DNA from: Auanema rhodensis
Lineage: Eukaryota; Animalia; Nematoda
Assembly: GCA_964057225.1 (NCBI GenBank)
Contig: OZ059895.1
Coordinates: 10,292,001 to 10,356,000 of the forward strand
DNA: 64,000 nucleotides
Direction: 5' to 3'
The stretch's first letter is position 1. Each line of letters starts with the position of its first letter. Below the pieces are notes generated by a model, which was not told the DNA's origin, made no database searches, and saw only the letters and a program-made list of their open reading frames with translations. Below, piece after piece: positions 55,872 to 64,000 of this stretch. A program made the translations under genes and the position numbers.

Positions 55872-58800
55872 TAAAAATCGAACAAAATAGCAACTTGAGC
55901 CCGCCGGAAAATATGATTAATATGGTTCTGTGCTAACAAAATTTGTTATACCTTTTCAAGCAACTAATTCTTAGTTAAATGAGATGTAGCACGTACTTCT
56001 AGGACAAGAAATAAAATTTGTAGAATATTTAATTTTTCATAAAAATCAAACGAAATATCAAGTTGAACCCACCGCAAAACATGATTACTATGGATATATG
56101 CTTACAAAACCTAATTCATATCATCCAACAGTTCATTCTGAGTTAAGTGAGATGTTGCCCGTAATGTTAAGACTGAAAATAAAAGTAATACATTATTTAG
56201 TTTTTCTTAAAAATCGAACAAAATAGCAACTTGAGCCCGCCGTAAAATATGATTAATATATTTCTCTGCTAACAAAATTTGTTTTACTTTTTTAATCAAC
56301 TAGTTCTTAGTCGAATGAGATGTAGCACGTACTTCTAGGACAAGAAATAAAATTTTTAGAATTTTTAAAAATTTCATAAAAATCAAACGAAATAGCAAGT
56401 TGAACCGGCCGCAAAACATGATTACTATGGATATATGCTTACAAAACCTAATTCATATCATCTAACAGTTCATTCTGAGTTAAGTGAGATGTTGCCCGTA
56501 ATGTTAAGACTGAAAATAAAAGTAATACATTATTTAGTTTTTCTTAAAAATCGAACAAAATAGCAACTTGAGCCCGCCGTAAAATATGATTAATATAGTT
56601 CTCTGCTAACAAAATTTGTTTTACTTTTTTAATCAACTAATTTTCAGTTGAATGAGATGTAGCACGTACTTCTAGGACAAGAAATAAAATTTTTAGAATA
56701 TTTCATTTTTCATAAAAATCAAACGAAATATCAAGTTGAACCCACCGCAAAACATGATTACTATGGATATATGCTTACAAAACCTAATTTATATTGTCAA
56801 ATAGTAAATTTTGAGTTGAATGAGATGTTGCACGTATTTCTAGGGCTAAAAATAAACATTTTAAAATTTTTAATTTTTCATAAAAATGGAACAAAATAGC
56901 AACTTGAGCCCGCCGGAAAATATGATTAATATGGTTCTGTGCTAACAAAATTTGTTATACCTTTTCAATCAACTAATTCTTAGTTAAATGAGATGTAGCA
57001 CGTACTTCTAGGACAAGAAATAAAATTTTTAGAATATTTCATTTTTCATAAAAATCAAACGAAATATCAAGTTGAACCCGCCGCAAAACATGATTACTAT
57101 GGATATATGCTTACAAATTTTTTTCGGTATTTCTAGGGCTAAAAATAAACATTTAAAAAATTTTAATTTTTCATAAAAATCGAACAAAATAGCAACTTAA
57201 GCCCGCCGGAAAATATGATTAATATGGTTCTGTGCTAACAAAATTTGTTATACCTTTTCAAGCAACTAATTCTTAGTTAAATGAGATGTAGCACGTACTT
57301 CTAGGACAAGAAATAAAATTTGTAGAATATTTAATTTTTCATAAAAATCAAACGAAATAGCAAGTTGAACCGGCCGCAAAACATGATTACTGTGGATATA
57401 TGCTTACAAAACCTAATTCATATCATCTAACAGTTCATTCTGAGTTAAGTGAGATGTTGCCCGTAATGTTAAGACTGAAAATAAAAGTAATACATTATTT
57501 AGTTTTTCTTAAAAATCGAACAAAATAGCAACTTGAGCCCGCCGGAAAATATGATTAATATGGTTCTGTGCTAACAAAATTTGTTATACCTTTTCAAGCA
57601 ACTAATTCTTAGTTAAATGAGATGTAGCACGTACTTCTAGGACAAGAAATAAAATTTGTAGAATATTTAATTTTTCATAAAAATCAAACGAAATATCAAG
57701 TTGAACCCACCGCAAAACATGATTACTATGGATATATGCTTACAAAACCTAATTCATATCATCCAACAGTTCATTCTGAGTTAAGTGAGATGTTGCCCGT
57801 AATGTTAAGACTGAAAATAAAAGTAATACATTATTTAGTTTTTCTTAAAAATCGAACAAAATAGCAACTTGAGCCCGCCGTAAAATATGATTAATATATT
57901 TCTCTGCTAACAAAATTTGTTTTACTTTTTTAATCAACTAGTTCTTAGTCGAATGAGATGTAGCACGTACTTCTAGGACAAGAAATAAAATTTTTAGAAT
58001 TTTTAAAAATTTCATAAAAATCAAACGAAATAGCAAGTTGAACCGGCCGCAAAACATGATTACTATGGATATATGCTTACAAAACCTAATTCATATCATC
58101 TAACAGTTCATTCTGAGTTAAGTGAGATGTTGCCCGTAATGTTAAGACTGAAAATAAAAGTAATACATTATTTAGTTTTTCTTAAAAATCGAACAAAATA
58201 GCAACTTGAGCCCGCCGTAAAATATGATTAATATAGTTCTCTGCTAACAAAATTTGTTTTACTTTTTTAATCAACTAATTTTCAGTTGAATGAGATGTAG
58301 CACGTACTTCTAGGACAAGAAATAAAATTTTTAGAATATTTCATTTTTCATAAAAATCAAACGAAATATCAAGTTGAACCCACCGCAAAACATGATTACT
58401 ATGGATATATGCTTACAAAACCTAATTTATATTGTCAAATAGTAAATTTTGAGTTGAATGAGATGTTGCACGTATTTCTAGGGCTAAAAATAAACATTTT
58501 AAAATTTTTAATTTTTCATAAAAATGGAACAAAATAGCAACTTGAGCCCGCCGGAAAATATGATTAATATGGTTCTGTGCTAACAAAATTTGTTATACCT
58601 TTTCAATCAACTAATTCTTAGTTAAATGAGATGTAGCACGTACTTCTAGGACAAGAAATAAAATTTTTAGAATATTTCATTTTTCATAAAAATCAAACGA
58701 AATATCAAGTTGAACCCGCCGCAAAACATGATTACTATGGATATATGCTTACAAATTTTTTTCGGTATTTCTAGGGCTAAAAATAAACATTTAAAAAATT

Positions 58801-59235
58801 TTAATTTTTCATAAAAATCGAACAAAATAGCAACTTAAGCCCGCCGGAAAATATGATTAATATGGTTCTGTGCTAACAAAATTTGTTATACCTTTTCAAG
58901 CAACTAATTCTTAGTTAAATGAGATGTAGCACGTACTTCTAGGACAAGAAATAAAATTTGTAGAATATTTAATTTTTCATAAAAATCAAACGAAATAGCA
59001 AGTTGAACCGGCCGCAAAACATGATTACTGTGGATATATGCTTACAAAACCTAATTCATATCATCTAACAGTTCATTCTGAGTTAAGTGAGATGTTGCCC
59101 GTAATGTTAAGACTGAAAATAAAAGTAATACATTATTTAGTTTTTCTTAAAAATCGAACAAAATAGCAACTTGAGCCCGCCGGAAAATATGATTAATATG
59201 GTTCTGTGCTAACAAAATTTGTTATACCTTTTCAA
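55872..59235. repeat. Tandem duplication with a 1638-bp period (5 dimers), 2 copies
   Basis: CATCCAACAG 56125/57763, short B monomer 57106/58744 and GATTACTGTGG all at a 1638 offset (1680-43+1). Confidence 0.88.
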
Positions 59236-62200
59236 TCAACTAATTCTTAGTTAAATGAGATGTAGCACGTACTTCTAGGACAAGAAATAAAATTTTTAGA
59301 ATATTTCATTTTTCATAAAAATCAAACGAAATATCAAGTTGAACCCGCCGCAAAACATGATTACTATGGATATATGCTTACAAATTTTTTTCGGTATTTC
59401 TAGGGCTAAAAATAAACATTTAAAAAATTTTAATTTTTCATAAAAATCGGACAAAATAGCAACTTAAGCCCGCCGGAAAATATGATTAATATGGTTCTGT
59501 GCTAACAAAATTTGTTATACCTTTTCAATCAACTAATTCTTAGTTAAATGAGATGTAGCACGTACTTCTAGGACAAGAAATAAAATTTGTAGAATATTTA
59601 ATTTTTCATAAAAATCAAACGAAATATCAAGTTGAACCCACCGCAAAACATGATTACTATGGATATATGCTTACAAAACCTAATTCATATCATCTAACAG
59701 TTCATTTTGAGTTAAGTGAGATGTTGCCCGTAATGTTAAGACTGAAAATAAAAGTAATACATTATTTAGTTTTTCTTAAAAATCGAACAAAATAGCAACT
59801 TGAGCCCGCCGTAAAATATGATTAATATATTTCTCTGCTAACAAAATTTGTTTTACTTGTTTAATCAACTAATTCTCAGTTGAATGAGATGTAGCACGTA
59901 CTTCTAGGACAAGAAACAAAATTTTTAGAATATTTATTTTTTCATAAAAATCAAACGAAATATCAAGTTGAACCGGCCGCAAAACATGATTACTATGGAT
60001 ATATGCTTACAAAACCAAATTTTTATTATCAAACTGTCCATTTTCAGTTGCATAAGATGACGCACGTATTTCTAGGGCTAAAAATAAACATTTTAAAACT
60101 TTTAATTTTTCATAAAAATTGAACAAAATAGCAACTTGAGCCCGCCGGAAAATATGATTAATATACTTCTGTGCTAACAAAATTTGTTTTACTCTTTTTA
60201 GTCAACTAATTCTCAGTTGAATGAGATGTAGCACGTACTTCTAGGACAAGAAATAAAATTTGTAGAATATTTAATTTTTCATAAAAATCAAACGAAATAG
60301 CAAGTTGAACCTGCCGCAAAACATGATTACTATGGATATATGCTTACAAAACCAAAATTATATTATCACATTGTCGCTTTTCAGTTGAATAAGATGATGC
60401 ACGTATTTCTAGGGCTGAAAATAAACATTTTAAAATTTTTCATAAAAATCGAACAAAATAGCAACTTGAGCCCGCCGGAAAATATGATTAATATGGTTCT
60501 GTGCTAACAAAATTTGTTATAGCTTTTCAATCAACTAATTCTTAGTTAAATGAGATGTAGCACGTACTTCTAGGACAGGAAATAAAATTTGTAGAATATT
60601 TAATTTTTCATAAAAATCAAACGAAATATCAAGTTGAACCCACCGCAAAACATGATTACTATGGATATATGCTTACAAAACCTAAATTATATTATCAAAT
60701 AGTTAATTTTGAGTTGAATGAGATGTTGCATGTATTTCTAGGGCTAAAAATAAACATTTTAAAATTTTTAATTTTTCATAAAAATCGAACAAAATAGCAA
60801 CTTGAGCCCGCCGTAAAATATGATTAATATGGTTCTGTGCTAACAAAATTTGTTTTACTTTTTTAATCAACTAATTCTCAGTTGAATGAGATGTAGCACG
60901 TACTTCTAGGACAAGAAATAAAATTTTTAGAATATTTAATTTTTCATAAAAATCAAACGAAATAGCAAGTTGAACCCGCCGCAAAACATGATTACTATGG
61001 ATATATGCTTACAAAACCAAAATTATTTTATCAAACTGTCGATTTTCAGTTGAATAAGATGATGCACGTATTTCTAGGGCTAAAAATAAACATTTTAAAA
61101 TTTTTAATTTTTCATAAAAATCGAACAAAATAGCAACTTGAGCCCGCCGTAAAATATGATTAATATATTTCTCTGCTAACAAAATTTGTTTTTACTTTTT
61201 TTATCAACTAATTTTCAGTTGAATGAGATGTAGCACGTACTTCTAGGACAAGAAATAAAATTTTTAGAATATTTCATTTTTCATAAAAATCAAACGAAAT
61301 ATCAAGTTGAACCCACCGCAAAACATGATTACTATGGATATATGCTTACAAAACCTAAATTATATTGTCAAATAGTAAATTTTGAGTTGAATGAGATGTT
61401 GCACGTATTTCTAGGGCTAAAAATAAACATTTTTAAAATTTTAATTTTTCATAAAAATCGAACAAAATAGCAACTTGAGCCCGCCGTAAAATATGATTAA
61501 TATATTTCTCTGCTAACAAAATTTGTTTTTACTTTTTTTATCAACTAATTTTCAGTTGAATGAGATGTAGCACGTACTTCTAGGACAAGAAATAAAATTT
61601 TTAGAATATTTCATTTTTCATAAAAATCAAACGAAATATCAAGTTGAACCCACCGCAAAACATGATTACTATGGATATATGCTTACAAAACCAAAATTAT
61701 TTTATCAAACTGTCGATTTTCAGTTGAATAAGATGATGCACGTATTTCTAGGGCTAAAAATAAACATTTTTAAAATTTTAATTTTTCATAAAAATCGAAC
61801 AAAATAGCAACTTGAGCCCGCCGGAAAATATGATTAATATGGTTCTGTGCTAACAAAATTTGTTTTACTCTTTTTAATCAACTAATTCTCAGTTGAATGA
61901 GATGTAGCACGTACTTCTAGGACAAGAAATAAAATTTTTAGAATATTTATTTTTTCATAAAAATCAAACGAAATAGCAAGTTGAACCCACCGCAAAACAT
62001 GATTACTATGGATATATGCTTACAAAACCTAATTCATATCATCTAACAGTTCATTCTGAGTTGAGTGAGATGTTGCCCGTAATGTTAAGACTGAAAATAA
62101 AAGTAATACATTATTTAGTTTTTCTTAAAAATCGAACAAAATAGCAACTTGAGCCCGCCGGAAAATATGATTAATATATTTCTCTGCTAACAAAACTTGT

Positions 62201-64000
62201 TTTACTTTTTTAATCAACTAATTCTCAGTTGAATGAGATGTAGCACGTACTTCTAGGACAAGAAATAAAATTTTTAGAATATTTATTTTTTCATAAAAAT
62301 CAAACGAAATATCAAGTTGAACCGGCCGCAAAACATGATTACTATGGATATATGCTTACAAAACCAAATTTTTATCATCAAACTGTCGATTTTCAGTTGC
62401 ATAAGATGATGCACGTATTTCTAGGGCTAAAAATAAACATTTTAAAACTTTTAATTTTTCATAAAAATTGAACAAAATAGCAACTTGAGCCCACCGGAAA
62501 ATATGATTAATATATTTCTCTGCTAACAAAACTTGTTTTACTTTTTTAATCAACTAATTCTCAGTTGAATGAGATGTAGCACGTACTTCTAGGACAAGAA
62601 ATAAAATTTTTAGAATATTTATTTTTTCATAAAAATCAAACGAAATATCAAGTTGAACCGGCCGCAAAACATGATTACTATGGATATATGCTTACAAAAC
62701 CAAATTTTTATCATCAAACTGTCGATTTTCAGTTGCATAAGATGATGCACGTATTTCTAGGGCTAAAAATAAACATTTTAAAACTTTTAATTTTTCATAA
62801 AAATTGAACAAAATAGCAACTTGAGCCCGCCGCAAAATTTGTTTTCCTTTTTAATCAACTAATTCTCAGTTGAATGAGATGTAGCACGTACTTCTAGGAC
62901 AAGAAATAAAATGTTTAGAATATTTATTTTTTCATAAAAATCAAACGAAATAGCAAGTTGAACCGGCCGCAAAACATGATTACTATGGATATATGCTTAC
63001 AAAACCAAAATTTTATTATCACATTGTCGATTTTCAGTTGAATAAGATGATGCACGTATTTCTAGGGCGAAAAATAAACATTTGAAAATTTTTATTTTTT
63101 CATGAAAATCGAACAAAATAGCAACTTAAGCCCGCCGGAAAATATGATTAATATGGTTCTGTGCTAACAAAATTTGTTTAACTTTTTTAATCAACTAATT
63201 TTCAGTTGAATGAGATGTAGCACGTACTTCTAGGACAAGAAATAAAATTTTTAGAATTTTTAATTTTTCATAAAAATCAAACGAAATGGCAAGTTCAGCC
63301 CGCCGCAAAACATGATTACTATGGATATATGCTTACAAAACCTAATTTATATTGTCAAATAGTAAATTTTGAGTTGAATGAGATGTTGCACGTATTTCTA
63401 GGGCTAAAAATAAACATTTTAAAAATTTTAATTTTTCATAAAAATCGAACAAAATAGCAATTTGAGCCCGCCGGAAAATATGATTAATATGGTTCTGTGC
63501 TAACAAAACTTGTTTTACTTTTTTAATCATTTAATTCTCAGTCGAATGAGATGTAGCACGTACTTCTAGGACAAGAAATAAAATTTTTAGAATATTTATT
63601 TTTTCATAAAAATCAAACGAAATATCAAGTTGAACCCACCGCAAAACATGATTACTATGGATATATGCTTACAAAACCTAATTTATATTGTCAAATAGTA
63701 AATTTTGAGTTGAATGAGATGTTGCACGTATTTCTAGGGCTAAAAATAAACATTTTAAAAATTTTAATTTTTCATAAAAATCGAACAAAATAGCAATTTG
63801 AGCCCGCCGGAAAATATGATTAATATGGTTCTGTGCTAACAAAATTTGTTTTATCTTTTTAGACAACTAGTTCTTAGTCGAATGAGATGTAGCACGTACT
63901 TCTAGGACAAGAAATAAAATTTTTAGAATATTTATTTTTTCATAAAAATCAAACGAAATATCAAGTTGAACCCACCGCAAAACATGATTACTATGGATAT

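Larger units (their letters stand above)
2213..64000. repeat. AT-rich tandem satellite array; 168-bp monomers as 336-bp A/B dimers, about 185 dimers, single orientation, continues past the window end
   Basis: A starts at 2213 (TGTGCTAAC), B at 2381 (TATGCTTAC) and the next A at 2549, i.e. 168+168 bp. The same motifs recur to 64000, and identical ORFs in the track are spaced 336 bp apart (6637/6973, 31285/31621, 63342/63678). Confidence 0.99.

Noticed and set aside
6637-63866. Recurrent 62-80 aa ORFs (MYHVLLGQ..., MIKKVKQV...)
   Set aside because: They lie wholly within satellite monomers, appear only where single variants remove a stop, and show no recognisable domain. Useful only as periodicity markers.
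2356-64000. CRISPR-like pattern of a conserved 40-bp repeat plus a variable segment
   Set aside because: The intervening ~296 bp are homologous repeats rather than unique spacers, there are no cas genes, and the context is eukaryotic.

Overview
Eukaryote-type repetitive DNA with no intact genes. Bases 1-2212 are a decayed, 3'-truncated Ty3/Gypsy (Metaviridae-like) LTR retrotransposon on the + strand: gag with a CCHC knuckle, aspartic protease, reverse transcriptase (YLDD) and the first part of RNase H, broken by stops, frameshifts and a palindromic 29-bp insertion. It is fused abruptly, without integrase or 3' LTR, to an AT-rich tandem satellite running from 2213 to the end of the window. The satellite monomer is 168 bp. 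Two gaplessly alignable types (A and B, ~75% identical by hand count) alternate as a 336-bp dimer (~185 dimers). B occurs as several sub-families arranged in nested higher-order repeats (periods 1638, 2308, 3312 and 4022 bp; offsets 7380 and 8044 bp), and the same ordered progression of variants recurs about three times. All ORFs beyond 2.2 kb are incidental satellite ORFs. I see no new protein-coding system. The most interesting signal is the alpha-satellite-like, multi-level HOR architecture and its repair/recombination scars. All counts and offsets were made by hand.
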